From an uncultured Candidatus Hydrogenedens sp. (GTDB lineage Bacteria > Desulfobacterota_D > UBA1144): a stretch of DNA of 64,000 nt. The DNA is taken from contig CACLTT010000001.1 in assembly GCA_902609885.1 (NCBI GenBank), forward strand, positions 92,170-156,169, read 5' to 3'. The translations under genes and the position numbers were made by a program. Below the pieces are notes generated by a model. That model searched no databases. It was not told the origin of the DNA and saw nothing but the letters and a program-made list of their open reading frames with translations. Shown in pieces: positions 31,335 to 42,364 of this stretch (positions are counted from its first letter, which is position 1; the number at the start of each line of letters is the position of its first letter).

Positions 31335-32656
31335 TGTGCCTTTCTTCTATCAGATGATGATGGTATTTTAAGTAAATTTCTGTATTTCGCAATAGTCCTT
31401 CTGGCAATATTTATACCTTTTGTTTTAAGTATTTCTTTAATGTTTTCATCAGACAAAGGGCTTAGACTATCTTCGTTTTCAATTATTTCTTCTATTAAAA
31501 ACCTAATTGAGACAGAAGACGCATCATTATCAGAATCAATTTTATTACTAAAAAATTCTTTTAAGTTAATAATACCTCTTTTCGTAAGAATATACTTATT
31601 GCTAGTTATTCTACTTATAGTTGACTCATGAACATTTAATTTGCTAGATATATCAGATAATTTTAAAGGCTTAAGATATTTATTTCCATTTTTTAAGAAT
31701 TTAGTCTGAATTTCGCATAATAATCTGATTGTTTTTTCATACATGAGATTTCTTTCTTTTATTGTTTTTATGAGTAAACCAGCATTGGATATTTTTGTAT
31801 ATAAAAATTCATGAACTTCTTTACTTAGGCTAGATTTATCATCAAGTAGCTTTTGATAATATTCTGATATTTTGATTTCTTTGTAAATTTTATTTGGTTG
31901 ATAAATAAGTTTTTCATTATCAAAATACACGTAAGCTTCGTAATCATTACTGTATGAACCTATATTTCTATTATCAAATTGCTCTCCAGGCTTTGGATTT
32001 AAATTTTTAATTTCCTCAAATAACGAATCTAGAAATTCATAACTTAATCCATATTTAGCACTCAATTTCTCAAATTCAGAGTTTCCAAGCATTTCAATAT
32101 CATTCAAAATTATTTTTTCTTTTAGTAACATGTTATGCGAGTTATTAAATTTTAGTTGCAATAATAGACACTCTGCAAGATTTCTTGCAAAAATTCCTGG
32201 GGGGTCAAACTTTTCTTGGCAGAAATTTATTGCTTCTTCAATCTGCATGTCAGAATAATTATTTTTAATATTTTCTTTTAAAAGCTCTAAAATTTCTTTA
32301 TTTTCTAATCTTAAATATCCTGACTCATTGATAGAAAATATTATTACTTCAATAATTTTTTTAAAATTTTTATCTATTTTCATAGTTCTTAATTGTTCTA
32401 CTAAGTACTCTGTAAGTGTCAATGGCTCGTTTTCAATTTGAATTAAACTATCATCATAGCTTGGAATAATATCATTTTTTGAAATTGGAACACTTGCAAT
32501 TTCTTCAACACAGGGGTTCTCTTCTAATTCACTAGATATTAACTTGTCCAATTTTAGATTTCCTAAAGATATAAGCTTTATAAAAAGCTTGGACTGTGGA
32601 CTAAGTCCAGCTTTCTGCTTTGTAGCTACAGATATCTTGTTTGTAATTTTATTCAT
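31331..32656 (-). CDS. rpoN: RNA polymerase sigma-54 factor
   Basis: ELEENP, DPPGIFAR, HESTISR, PLSD, ARRTIAKYR RpoN box. Confidence 0.96.
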   Translation of the reverse strand: MNKITNKISVATKQKAGLSPQSKLFIKLISLGNLKLDKLISSELEENPCVEEIASVPISKNDIIPSYDDSLIQIENEPLTLTEYLVEQLRTMKIDKNFKKIIEVIIFSINESGYLRLENKEILELLKENIKNNYSDMQIEEAINFCQEKFDPPGIFARNLAECLLLQLKFNNSHNMLLKEKIILNDIEMLGNSEFEKLSAKYGLSYEFLDSLFEEIKNLNPKPGEQFDNRNIGSYSNDYEAYVYFDNEKLIYQPNKIYKEIKISEYYQKLLDDKSSLSKEVHEFLYTKISNAGLLIKTIKERNLMYEKTIRLLCEIQTKFLKNGNKYLKPLKLSDISSKLNVHESTISRITSNKYILTKRGIINLKEFFSNKIDSDNDASSVSIRFLIEEIIENEDSLSPLSDENIKEILKTKGINIARRTIAKYRNLLKIPSSSDRRKAQ

Positions 32657-32681
32657 TTTATTATTAGTTTAAAATGTTTAT

Positions 32682-32885
32682 ATGACTTTTGGCAAATTAA
32701 TAATTATTTTAGGCGCTGTTATAGTTTTAGTCGGTATAATTTATGAGTTCACATCCTTTTTTTCAATATTTAAAAATAATCCTTTGGATTTTAAATTTAC
32801 CATAGGAAATACTAAAGTTTTTTTGCCTTTAGGGACATGTTTAATAATTAGTATATTTTTAACGATTTTAATTAAATTATTTTAA
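32682..32885 (+). CDS. Small membrane protein, DUF2905-like
   Basis: Two hydrophobic segments with P-x-D and FLPLGTCLIIS pattern. Confidence 0.7.
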   Translation: MTFGKLIIILGAVIVLVGIIYEFTSFFSIFKNNPLDFKFTIGNTKVFLPLGTCLIISIFLTILIKLF

Positions 32886-33475
32886 GTACTTCTAAAATAT
32901 TGTTTTTCAAAAATATCGATTTTATCAGAGTGAATCATTGTCAATGCTATATCATCTAATCCCTCTAGCAAACATTTTTTTCTGAAAGGATCAAGTTCAA
33001 AATAATATTCATTATTTAAATCTTTAATTTTCTGATTATCAAGATCTATATAAAGTTTGTAAGATGAGTCATGAATTGAAAATTTAAAAAAATTATTCAG
33101 CAATTTAGAGTCTACAACTATTGGAAGAATGCCATTTTTAAATGAATTATTATAGAAAATATCTGCAAATGATGTGGAAATAATAACTTTAAAACCATAA
33201 TCTCTTAAAGCCCAAGGGGCATGTTCACGTGAACTTCCACATCCAAAGTTATCTTGTGCAAGCAATATTTTTGATCCTTTATATTCATTCTTATTTAATA
33301 TAAAATTCTCGTTAGGTGAGCCATCATCATTAAATCTCCAATCAAAAAATAAGAATTCGCCAAATCCAGTTCTTTCTATTCTCTTTAAAAATTGTTTTGG
33401 AATAATTTGATCTGTATCAACATTCGCTGAATCTAATGGCATTACTTTGCTACTAAAATTAATAAATTTTTCCAT
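32882..33475 (-). CDS. leuD: 3-isopropylmalate dehydratase small subunit
   Basis: NVDTDQIIPKQFL, NFGCGSSREHAPWAL, GLDDI. Confidence 0.98.
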   Translation of the reverse strand: MEKFINFSSKVMPLDSANVDTDQIIPKQFLKRIERTGFGEFLFFDWRFNDDGSPNENFILNKNEYKGSKILLAQDNFGCGSSREHAPWALRDYGFKVIISTSFADIFYNNSFKNGILPIVVDSKLLNNFFKFSIHDSSYKLYIDLDNQKIKDLNNEYYFELDPFRKKCLLEGLDDIALTMIHSDKIDIFEKQYFRST

Positions 33476-33476
33476 T

Positions 33477-34886
33477 TTAATAATCTTCCCAATCTATATC
33501 GTACTCTCTTACATCAATAAATCTTCCACTTATTGCAGCGGCAGCAGCCATAATTGGACTTACAAGGTGAGTTCTTCCACCTTTACCTTGCCTACCTTCA
33601 AAATTTCTGTTTGATGTACTAGCACATCTTTCTCCAGGAGAAAGTTTATCAGGATTCATAGCTAAACACATACTGCATCCAGACTCTCTCCATTCACAGC
33701 CAGCATCTTTAAAAATTTTATCAAGACCAAGTTTCTCAGCTTGATACTTAACTAATTGTGAACCAGGGACTACGATGGCATTTATATTATTTGCAACTTT
33801 ATTTCCTTTAAAAATTTTACTTGCTGCTACTAGATCTTCAATTCTAGAATTTGTACATGAGCCAATAAATACAGTATCTAATTTGATATCAGTAATACTC
33901 ATATCAGCCTTAATGCCCATATATATAAGAGCATCTTCAACAGATTTTCTTTTGACAGGATCCTCTATATTTTTTGGATTAGGGATTTTATTATTTATAC
34001 CTGAAACCATACCTGGACTAGTGCCCCAACTTACTTGTGGAGACATTTTACTTGCATCCAGCTTGAGAGATCTATCAAATACTGCATCATTATCACTTTT
34101 TAGCTTTTTCCATTCTACAATTTCATTGTCAATATTTTCCATATTTGGTTTATTTCTGAGATATTCAAATGTTATTTCGTCTGGACTGATCATTCCGGCC
34201 CTTGCCCCGCCCTCGATAGACATATTACATATTGTCATCCTTTGTTCCATTGATAGACTTGAAATCGCCTCTCCTCTATATTCTATTACATGTCCATTTG
34301 CACCGGCTGTACCAATATCTCCAATAATACTTAAAATAATATCTTTGGCTGTCACACCTTTAGGTCTTTTACCATCAACTTTGACTTCAAAAGTTTTTGG
34401 TTTAACCTGCCATAAACATTGTGTCGCTAAGACGTGTTCAACTTCACTAGTTCCAATGCCAAATGCTAATGATCCAAAAGCACCATGCGTTGAGGTATGA
34501 CTGTCACCACAAACAATTGTCATTCCTGGTTTTGTAAGACCTTGCTCTGGTCCTATAACGTGAACAATCCCTTGATATGGGCTATTTAGATCAAATAATT
34601 TAATTCCAAATTGCTCGCAATTTTTCACTAAAGTATCAATCTGCTGTGCCGATATAGGGTCATCGATATTATGCCTGTTTATAGTTGGAACATTATGATC
34701 CATTGTTGCAAATGTTAGATCAGGTTTTCTAACAATTCTTTTTGATTCTCTTAATCCCTCAAAAGCTTGTGGTGATGTAACTTCATGTATCAGGTGTAGG
34801 TCTATATATAATAGGGTAGGTTTACCTTCTTCCTCATGGACTAAATGCTTATCCCAAATTTTATCAAATATAGTTTTTTTTCGCAT
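33477..34886 (-). CDS. leuC: 3-isopropylmalate dehydratase large subunit
   Basis: [37 protein letters not shown]; start placed at MRKK (34886). Confidence 0.98.
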   Translation of the reverse strand: MRKKTIFDKIWDKHLVHEEEGKPTLLYIDLHLIHEVTSPQAFEGLRESKRIVRKPDLTFATMDHNVPTINRHNIDDPISAQQIDTLVKNCEQFGIKLFDLNSPYQGIVHVIGPEQGLTKPGMTIVCGDSHTSTHGAFGSLAFGIGTSEVEHVLATQCLWQVKPKTFEVKVDGKRPKGVTAKDIILSIIGDIGTAGANGHVIEYRGEAISSLSMEQRMTICNMSIEGGARAGMISPDEITFEYLRNKPNMENIDNEIVEWKKLKSDNDAVFDRSLKLDASKMSPQVSWGTSPGMVSGINNKIPNPKNIEDPVKRKSVEDALIYMGIKADMSITDIKLDTVFIGSCTNSRIEDLVAASKIFKGNKVANNINAIVVPGSQLVKYQAEKLGLDKIFKDAGCEWRESGCSMCLAMNPDKLSPGERCASTSNRNFEGRQGKGGRTHLVSPIMAAAAAISGRFIDVREYDIDWEDY

Positions 34887-34908
34887 AATCGAGATAATAT
34901 AATACCAA

Positions 34909-36183
34909 TTAAGATGATATTTTAAAAGTCGAAAGACCGGCAAACTCACATTTGCCGTTTAATTGATCTTCAATTCTTAATAGTTGATTATATTTAGCTG
35001 TTCTATCTGATCTGGAACATGACCCTGTCTTTATTTGTCCAGATTTAGTCCCTACTGCGATATCAGCTATAGATGAATCTTCAGTTTCACCAGATCTATG
35101 AGAAATTATATATGAATAATTATTATTTTTTGCCATATTAATTGTGTCTAATGTTTCAGATATTGATCCAATTTGGTTGATTTTTACTAAAATACTGTTC
35201 GCTGATTTTGTATCTATTCCCTTCTGAAGCTTTGTTTTATTAGTTACAAAAAGGTCATCACCTACAAGTTGAATACTATTTCCAAGGTTTTTAGTTATTA
35301 ATTTCCATGATTCCCAATCATCCTCATCCAGTGGATCTTCAATTGAAATGATTGGAAATTTAGAAGTTAAATCGTGATATACTCCTATCAATTCTGAAGG
35401 GCTTAAAAGTTCTTTATCGTATGAATACTTTTCTTGGTTGTATAGCTCTGAAGATGCTACATCTAAAGCTAGAAAAATATTTTTTCCAGGCTCATATCCT
35501 GCCAATTTAATTGAGTCTAATATTAAATTCAATGCTTCCTCATTAGTTTTTAGATCAGGCGCGAATCCTCCCTCATCGCCAACTGCTGTAGAATAAGAAT
35601 TTTTATTTAATAATTCTTTTAGTTTTAAAAATGTTTCTACTCCTGCCTTGAGAGAATCAGAGAAAGATTCAAAACCAGCTGGAACAATCATGAATTCTTG
35701 TATATCTAAACCGTTGTTAGCATGAGCACCCCCATTGATAATATTCATTAGAGGACATGGTAAAATATATTCATCATCATCTAATAGAAACTCATATAAA
35801 TGTTTATTATCATTCTCTGCCAGGCATTTCATAAAACTTAGGGAGCATGCCAGTATAGCGTTAGCACCTAAATTTGATTTGTTAGCAGTACTATCTAAGC
35901 TTAAAATTTCATTATCAAATTCATAAATATTATTAAAACTTTTATTCATTATTTTATTTTTTATTAAATTGTTTATGTTCGAAACAGCATTATGGACAGA
36001 TTTTCCATTATAACTATCATTGCCATCTCTTAATTCAACTGCTTCATATTTACCTGTAGAAGCTCCTGAAGGTACCGCAGCTCTGAATATCTGACCATCA
36101 TCAATCGACATGTCTACTTCAACAGTGGGGGATCCTCTAGAATCTAAAATCTGTCTTGCTTTTAAATATTTTATTTTTGGCAT
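34909..36183 (-). CDS. eno: Enolase
   Basis: [42 protein letters not shown]. Confidence 0.98.
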   Translation of the reverse strand: MPKIKYLKARQILDSRGSPTVEVDMSIDDGQIFRAAVPSGASTGKYEAVELRDGNDSYNGKSVHNAVSNINNLIKNKIMNKSFNNIYEFDNEILSLDSTANKSNLGANAILACSLSFMKCLAENDNKHLYEFLLDDDEYILPCPLMNIINGGAHANNGLDIQEFMIVPAGFESFSDSLKAGVETFLKLKELLNKNSYSTAVGDEGGFAPDLKTNEEALNLILDSIKLAGYEPGKNIFLALDVASSELYNQEKYSYDKELLSPSELIGVYHDLTSKFPIISIEDPLDEDDWESWKLITKNLGNSIQLVGDDLFVTNKTKLQKGIDTKSANSILVKINQIGSISETLDTINMAKNNNYSYIISHRSGETEDSSIADIAVGTKSGQIKTGSCSRSDRTAKYNQLLRIEDQLNGKCEFAGLSTFKISS

Positions 36184-36282
36184 AAGAATAAATATTCATA
36201 TTATATTAAAGAGTTTTATTTTTCAATTGAAATCAAAAATTTTGAAAAAAAAATATCAATCGTATAATGTATTTAATTAATT

Positions 36283-38247
36283 ATGGATAAAAGAATTCCA
36301 AACTCAATAAGATTTTTGTCTATGGATGCTGTTCAAAAAGCGAAGTCTGGACATCCAGGGATGCCTATGGGAATGGCAGATATTGCTTCCGTATTATTCA
36401 CTGAGTTTATTAAAATTAATCCAAAAGATCCTGAATGGCCGAATCGAGACAGATTTGTATTATCAAATGGGCATGGATCTATGCTTATTTATTCCCTTTT
36501 ATATCTATTAGGATATAAAGAGCCTACATTAAAAGATATAAAAAAATTCAGGAAAGTTAAATCAAAAACCCCGGGCCATCCAGAATATAGGCATACCAAA
36601 GGTATTGAGACTACAACTGGACCTCTTGGTCAAGGACTTGGAAATGCCGTTGGCATGGCACTGGCTGAAAAAATATTAAACAAAAAGTTTGGCTCTTCAT
36701 TGATAGATCATTTTACTTATGTTTTTGCAGGTGATGGGTGTATGATGGAAGGTATAAGTCACGAAGTTCTCAGCTTTTCAGGGCATTTAAAATTAAATAA
36801 ATTAATAGTATTTTATGATGATAACGATATATCAATTGATGGACCTACATCGTTAACTTTTACTGACAATTCAAAATTGAGAGTGGAAGCATATGGTTGG
36901 AATTATATAAAAATCAATGGACATGATCATAATCAAATCAGAAATGCTATCAAGAAAGCTAAAAAATCAATAAAGCCAACAATGATAGCCTGTAAAACCA
37001 AAATAGGTTATGGCTCACCAAACAAACAAGGAAGTCATGAATCTCATGGGGCAGCACTGGGTGATGAAGAAATTAAATTAACTAGAGAAAAGCTAAATTG
37101 GCCTTACAAGCCTTTTGAGATTCCCAGAGATATTCTTAATTATTGGAGAATGGCAGGTAAAAAATCTCAAAAAAAATATAATAACTGGAAGAAAAAAGTA
37201 AGTGAATATCATAACTCTAATCAGTTTAAATCTTTTATTTCAAAAAAAATTGATAGAATAAAGATAAATAAAATAATAAAACACTTTAATGATAAAACAG
37301 ATAGTCTTAGCAACGCTTCAACTCGAAAAGCAAGCCAGTTATGTTTAGATAGTATTAATAAATTTTTGGATTCTACTATTGGTGGATCTGCGGACTTAAC
37401 ACCCTCTAATAATACAAAATCTAAAGATTTAAATATTTTAAGTAAAGATAATATGAATGGTAGATATATTCATTATGGTGTTCGAGAACATGGCATGGCT
37501 TCCATCATGAATGGTCTATCCTTACATTCGGGGCTTATACCCTATGGCGGAACTTTTTTGGTTTTTTCTGACTATTGCAGACCTTCAATTCGTCTTTCAG
37601 CAATGATGAATACAAAAGTCATTTATGTTATGACACATGATTCTATTGGTTTAGGAGAAGATGGCCCAACACATCAACCCGTCGAGCATCTTGCATCGCT
37701 AAGATTAATACCTAATTTGAAAGTTTTTAGACCTTGTGATCTCAATGAAACTTTAGATTGTTGGATAAATGCTTTAAATTATGATGGAGCTTCAGTTTTA
37801 GCATTATCTAGGCAAGATCTTCCTATTCTTAATCAAAGAACCAAAAAAAGAAATGAATTTTTTGACAAATACAGTTCTAATTTAATATTTGGTAGTCTTT
37901 CAAAAAGAGATATTACATTTTTTGCTACTGGTAGTGAAGTTGAAATCGCACATAAGGCTGCAAAGCTATTAAAGGATGATAATATTGCTGCTACAGTAGT
38001 ATCAATACCTTGTGTAGAAAATTTTATGGATATTAAAAAATCTGATAGAGAAAAAATTTTAGGAAATGGACATAGAATATATGTTGAAGCAGGTGTATCA
38101 ACTGGTTGGAAATCCTTTTTTGATGAATCTGCAAATTTTATTGGGGTTAACAGGTTTGGCGCTAGTGGTCCAAAAGATGATGTATATAAAGAACTAAACA
38201 TTACTTCAGAAAATTTAATCAAAACTTCATTAGCACTGCTTAGATAA
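36283..38247 (+). CDS. tkt: Transketolase
   Basis: SGHPG, RDRFVLSNGHGS, TGPLGQG, GDG, THDSIGLGEDGPTHQP. Confidence 0.98.
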   Translation: MDKRIPNSIRFLSMDAVQKAKSGHPGMPMGMADIASVLFTEFIKINPKDPEWPNRDRFVLSNGHGSMLIYSLLYLLGYKEPTLKDIKKFRKVKSKTPGHPEYRHTKGIETTTGPLGQGLGNAVGMALAEKILNKKFGSSLIDHFTYVFAGDGCMMEGISHEVLSFSGHLKLNKLIVFYDDNDISIDGPTSLTFTDNSKLRVEAYGWNYIKINGHDHNQIRNAIKKAKKSIKPTMIACKTKIGYGSPNKQGSHESHGAALGDEEIKLTREKLNWPYKPFEIPRDILNYWRMAGKKSQKKYNNWKKKVSEYHNSNQFKSFISKKIDRIKINKIIKHFNDKTDSLSNASTRKASQLCLDSINKFLDSTIGGSADLTPSNNTKSKDLNILSKDNMNGRYIHYGVREHGMASIMNGLSLHSGLIPYGGTFLVFSDYCRPSIRLSAMMNTKVIYVMTHDSIGLGEDGPTHQPVEHLASLRLIPNLKVFRPCDLNETLDCWINALNYDGASVLALSRQDLPILNQRTKKRNEFFDKYSSNLIFGSLSKRDITFFATGSEVEIAHKAAKLLKDDNIAATVVSIPCVENFMDIKKSDREKILGNGHRIYVEAGVSTGWKSFFDESANFIGVNRFGASGPKDDVYKELNITSENLIKTSLALLR

Positions 38248-38254
38248 TTTGCTA

Positions 38255-38283
38255 TTGACATATTAATATCATTCATTTATTTT
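38255..38283 (+). promoter_or_regulatory. Putative sigma70 promoter of rpsU-dnaG-rpoD
   Basis: TTGACA (38255-38260), 17-nt spacer, TATTTT (38278-38283). Confidence 0.45.
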
Positions 38284-38297
38284 TTACGCTTATAGAT

Positions 38298-38492
38298 ATG
38301 CCAGGAATTTATGTAGGAAATAACGAAAATTTAGAAAATGCTCTTAGACGTTTTAAGCGTCAAATTGAAAAAGGCGGTGTTCTCTCAGATTTTAAAAAGA
38401 AAGAATTTTTTGAAAAGCCAAGCGAAATAAAAAAGAAAAAACTATTTGCTGCTAAGAAAAGGCAAAACAAAAAAAATAGAAAATTCAGATAA
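38298..38492 (+). CDS. rpsU: 30S ribosomal protein S21
   Basis: ALRRFKR, FFEKPS; first gene of the MMS operon. Confidence 0.95.
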   Translation: MPGIYVGNNENLENALRRFKRQIEKGGVLSDFKKKEFFEKPSEIKKKKLFAAKKRQNKKNRKFR

Positions 38493-38495
38493 ATC

Positions 38496-40250
38496 ATGCC
38501 TTCTAATCCGGAATATGATTCTTTAGAGGATGTACTAAAAAAAGTATCCCTAGCAAAATATATAGAACACAATTGGCAGCCGCTTAAGAAAATAGGTTCA
38601 GAATATAAAATATTATGTCCTTTTCATGATGATAAAAATCCTTCTCTTTCTGTTAATGATGAAAAAGGTTTATATTATTGCTACTCATGTAAAGCAGGCG
38701 GAAATCTAATAACATTTATAAAAGAATTTAAAAATTACAGTTCACAAGAAGCAATAAAAGAAATTGAAAATTTTTTCAATATAAAAATATCTATCACAAA
38801 TTATAATATCCCTGATGATTCAAATAAAAAAAATAAGTTGTTTTCTGTCAATACTTTAATAGCGGAACTATATAATAAATTTTTATTAACAAATAAGAGC
38901 CGAGCAAAGGCGGTTAGTTATTTAAAATCAAGAGGTTTTGATGATGAAGATATAAAAGAAAACATGATTGGGTTTGCTCCTGATTCATGGAATTTCTTAA
39001 GTGCTTTTGTCAAAAATAAAACTGAAAAACTTGATATCTTAGATGAGCTTGGTTTAGTTAAAAAAAAAGAGAACTCAAATAATTTTTTCGATTTCTTTAG
39101 GAACAGAATAATTTTTCCAATTAAAAATAGGCAAGGAACAATTGTTGGTTTCGCTGGAAGATCTATTGATAACTCTAATCCAAAATATTTGAATTCGAAA
39201 GAGTCAATCATTTTTTCAAAGAGGAAAGTTCTTTTTGGAATTGATAAATTTAATAAATTAAAAGGAAAAAAACCAAAATTTGTTCTATTAGTTGAAGGGT
39301 ACACTGATGTTCTAATGCTAAATAAAATTGGTTTTTATAATACAGTAGCATCGATGGGAACTTCGTTAACACTTGAGCATTCTAATGAAATAAAAAAATT
39401 TTCTGACAAGATAATAATCAACTTTGACTCTGATAAGGCAGGTGTTGATGCAGCCTTTAAAAGTATAGAGCCGCTATTTGAAAATAATTTTGATGTGTAC
39501 AAATTAGATTTACCTAATGGTCAAGACCCATGTGAATATATACAAAAAAATGGTAAGGATGCTTTTTTGAATTTACTTAATGCTTCAGTTTCAATAATTG
39601 ATTCTTTTATTGATTATTCAAAACAACAATATCTTGATAAAGAAAAAAGTTTAAATAGTATTATTTCGGATTTTACAACTAAAATATCTTTAGTCAGAGA
39701 CGTATTCAATAGAGACCTAATGATTAATAAATTTATAACAGCTTTTAGTCTTTCTAAGAATGAGTTAGAAAATAAAATTAAAATTCAAGAGAATCCACCA
39801 ACAAGCAGAAGGTTTGATGAAGAAAAAAATATTAATGATCCTATTGATATTGCGCTAAAAATACTTTTAGAAACTGTAGAATTAAGGAGTAAATATTTTT
39901 TAGAATGTGTAAAAGATAATTCGGATGAGAGATATGAAAAAATTATTAGATTGTTAGAAGATAATATCAATATGGATCCCTCGAATTTAATTACCATTTC
40001 TAATAGTGAAGAATCAAATATTATTTCTAATTTATTATTTGCTAAAACAGCTATTGATAGTGATCCTATAAAAAAAGAAAAAACTTTGCAAGACTGTATC
40101 AAAAAAATTAAGATTGAATCTTTAAAAGAAAAGAAAAGAAGAATTAATATGAAGCTTAATCATCAATCTGAAATTGCTTCGGATGAAGAACACAAATTAT
40201 TAATGCTGCTTCAAAATATAATTGAAGAAGAGAAAAATTTAAAAAATTAG
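38496..40250 (+). CDS. dnaG: DNA primase
   Basis: CPFH...CYSC zinc finger, [33 protein letters not shown]. Confidence 0.97.
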   Translation: MPSNPEYDSLEDVLKKVSLAKYIEHNWQPLKKIGSEYKILCPFHDDKNPSLSVNDEKGLYYCYSCKAGGNLITFIKEFKNYSSQEAIKEIENFFNIKISITNYNIPDDSNKKNKLFSVNTLIAELYNKFLLTNKSRAKAVSYLKSRGFDDEDIKENMIGFAPDSWNFLSAFVKNKTEKLDILDELGLVKKKENSNNFFDFFRNRIIFPIKNRQGTIVGFAGRSIDNSNPKYLNSKESIIFSKRKVLFGIDKFNKLKGKKPKFVLLVEGYTDVLMLNKIGFYNTVASMGTSLTLEHSNEIKKFSDKIIINFDSDKAGVDAAFKSIEPLFENNFDVYKLDLPNGQDPCEYIQKNGKDAFLNLLNASVSIIDSFIDYSKQQYLDKEKSLNSIISDFTTKISLVRDVFNRDLMINKFITAFSLSKNELENKIKIQENPPTSRRFDEEKNINDPIDIALKILLETVELRSKYFLECVKDNSDERYEKIIRLLEDNINMDPSNLITISNSEESNIISNLLFAKTAIDSDPIKKEKTLQDCIKKIKIESLKEKKRRINMKLNHQSEIASDEEHKLLMLLQNIIEEEKNLKN

Positions 40251-40264
40251 GTTACTATTTATTG

Positions 40265-41599
40265 ATGATTTTGTCTCAAGCTCAGAATGTAAATGAGGTT
40301 ATTTCTTTTTTACCAGACTTTGTCAAAAAGGTTCTTCCAAATATTGAATTTGATTTTAAAAAAGTAAATGATTTAAAAATTAATATTTCTGATTCAACTT
40401 CTGAGCCAATAGATGATCCAATAAAAAGCTATTTGAATACTATTGCCTATCATTCGTTATTAAATAAATCTCAAGAAATTAAAGTTGCCAAGAATTTCCA
40501 GGAATCTAAAACTAAAATATCAAAATTTATCTCAAATGATTATTATGTTGCTCAATTATTACATTCACATCTAAATAATGACCTCAGCTTTGATACGAAT
40601 GAAGAGGATGATTTTAATATAAATGATATTGATTTAAGTAACTCTTCATATAAATCTACTCGAAGGGTCATGAATCTTAGAGAATTAATATCTTTAATGA
40701 TTGAAAAAAAATCATTAACAAAAAATATCTCCTCTAAAATACAAAAAATAATGATGCAGATTGAATTACCGTCTGAATTTCTTGAGTCTATATTCAATCA
40801 TATGAAAAAAAGTAAATTAAAAAAAAAGGAATTAGAAGATTTTAGAAAATCAAAAATTTCATATTTAAATAATAAGCAAAAACTAGTTGAGTCTAATTTA
40901 AGGCTAGTAGTTAGTATTGCGAGAAAGTATATTAATAAGGGTCTTCCTTTTTTAGATTTGATCCAAGAAGGGAATATTGGATTAATTAGAGCAGTAGAAA
41001 AATTTGAATATCAGAGAGGCTATAAATTTTCAACTTATGCTACTTGGTGGATTAGGCAGGCAATAACAAGATCTTTAGCAGACCAGGCAAGGATTATAAG
41101 AATACCTGTTCATATGACCGAGCAAATAACGAGAATAAATAGTGTTACTAGAAAATTAGTTCAGAGGCTTGGTAGGGAGCCTTCAAATTCAGAAATAGCT
41201 TCTGAATCAAGCTTTTCAGAGGATAAAGTTGATGGTATTCAAAGAGTAACGAAAGACCCAATTGCGCTTGATGCTCCAATTAATGATGAGGACTCAGGAC
41301 AAACACTTTTAGATTCAATAAGTGATAATAATCCAAACCAACAAGATTACATTGAAACAAGCGAGCTTAAAGATTTGATTAACAATTCTTTGCTAAAAGT
41401 TTTAAACGATAGAGAGAAAGATGTTATAAAAAAAAGATTTGGAATCGATGAGGATCAGGCATTTACTTTAGAGGAGATTGGAAAAGAATTTAATGTTACT
41501 AGAGAAAGAATTAGACAGATTGAACTTAAAGCTTTGAAGAAATTAAAAAAAGTTAAGAAGTCACCTGTCCTTAATTATCTTGGAAATGCAAAATATTGA
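40265..41599 (+). CDS. rpoD: Primary sigma-70 factor (short, region 1.1 reduced)
   Basis: [48 protein letters not shown]; follows dnaG. Confidence 0.95.
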   Translation: MILSQAQNVNEVISFLPDFVKKVLPNIEFDFKKVNDLKINISDSTSEPIDDPIKSYLNTIAYHSLLNKSQEIKVAKNFQESKTKISKFISNDYYVAQLLHSHLNNDLSFDTNEEDDFNINDIDLSNSSYKSTRRVMNLRELISLMIEKKSLTKNISSKIQKIMMQIELPSEFLESIFNHMKKSKLKKKELEDFRKSKISYLNNKQKLVESNLRLVVSIARKYINKGLPFLDLIQEGNIGLIRAVEKFEYQRGYKFSTYATWWIRQAITRSLADQARIIRIPVHMTEQITRINSVTRKLVQRLGREPSNSEIASESSFSEDKVDGIQRVTKDPIALDAPINDEDSGQTLLDSISDNNPNQQDYIETSELKDLINNSLLKVLNDREKDVIKKRFGIDEDQAFTLEEIGKEFNVTRERIRQIELKALKKLKKVKKSPVLNYLGNAKY

Positions 41600-41623
41600 C
41601 AAGAATTTTTTATTGTATAAGAT
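41596..41623 (+). promoter_or_regulatory. Putative sigma70 promoter for the 5S rRNA
   Basis: TTGACA (41596-41601, contains the rpoD TGA stop), 16-nt spacer, TAAGAT (41618-41623), about 8 nt before the 5S 5' end. Confidence 0.55.
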
Positions 41624-41631
41624 TAAACTTT

Positions 41632-41747
41632 CTAGGCAGCCATACTGGAGGGGGTACACCCGGATCCATTCCGAACCCGGCAGTTAAGCCCTCAGAGGCC
41701 GATGATACTTGTACCTATTGGTTCTGGGAAAGTAGGTAGCTGCCTAG
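41632..41747 (+). rRNA. rrf: 5S ribosomal RNA (stand-alone)
   Basis: Terminal helix CTAGGCAGC/GCTGCCTAG; conserved CACCCG-ATCCATTCCGAAC-CGG-AGTTAAGC, GCCGATGATAC and GGGAAAGTAGGT; about 116 nt and GC-rich against the background. Confidence 0.95.
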
Positions 41748-41758
41748 TTATATTTCTC

Positions 41759-42364
41759 ATGACGAATAATTTTAAAATTGCAATTTTTTCTTCGGGAAGT
41801 GGCTCTAACTTTGAAGCAATTGTTAAGGCTAAAATACCAAATGTTGAAATTTCTTTTCTATTCTGTAATGTTGAAGATGCATTTGTAATAGAAAGAGCTA
41901 AGAATCTTGGAGTGCAATCAATAATACTTTCTCATAGAGGGTATAAATTAAGAAAAGAATATGAAGAAAAAATAATATCAACAATTGAGAAATATAACTT
42001 AGATTTAATTGTCCTAGCAGGTTTTAAAAGAATTTTATCACCTTTCTTTACATCAAAATTTCCTTTCAAAATTATTAATTTACATCCTTCGATTCTCCCA
42101 GCTTTTACTGGTCTTCACGCTCCAAGGCAAGCCCTTGAATATGGATCTAAATTCACAGGCTGCACTGTACATTTTGTAGATGAAGGCATAGATACAGGGC
42201 CAATAATCCTACAAGGGGTAGTAGAAATTAGTCAGGATGATAATGAAGAAACACTTCTTAATAAAATTAATGCTAAAGAGCACGAAATACTTCCCGAATC
42301 CATTAAACTCATTTCTGAAGATAAATTAATAATTGAAAGAAGAAAGGTATTGATTAAAGATTAA
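41759..42364 (+). CDS. purN: Phosphoribosylglycinamide formyltransferase
   Basis: SGSGSNF, LAGF, NLHPSILP, GCTVHFVDEGIDTGPII; start at 41759 because the longer ORF runs into the 5S gene. Confidence 0.96.
   Translation: MTNNFKIAIFSSGSGSNFEAIVKAKIPNVEISFLFCNVEDAFVIERAKNLGVQSIILSHRGYKLRKEYEEKIISTIEKYNLDLIVLAGFKRILSPFFTSKFPFKIINLHPSILPAFTGLHAPRQALEYGSKFTGCTVHFVDEGIDTGPIILQGVVEISQDDNEETLLNKINAKEHEILPESIKLISEDKLIIERRKVLIKD

Noticed and set aside
33775-34500. 241-aa plus-strand ORF, and the many other antisense ORFs in the track (e.g. 8758-9222, 37833-38276, 50170-50601)
   Set aside because: Shadow ORFs antisense to conserved genes, with Ser/Ile/Phe/Leu-rich composition and no motifs.
34887-34949. 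leuC extension overlapping eno
   Set aside because: LeuC homology starts at MRKKTIFDK; the extension is incidental open frame.
41702-41758. N-terminal extension of the purN ORF
   Set aside because: It lies inside the 5S rRNA; PurN homology begins at 41759.
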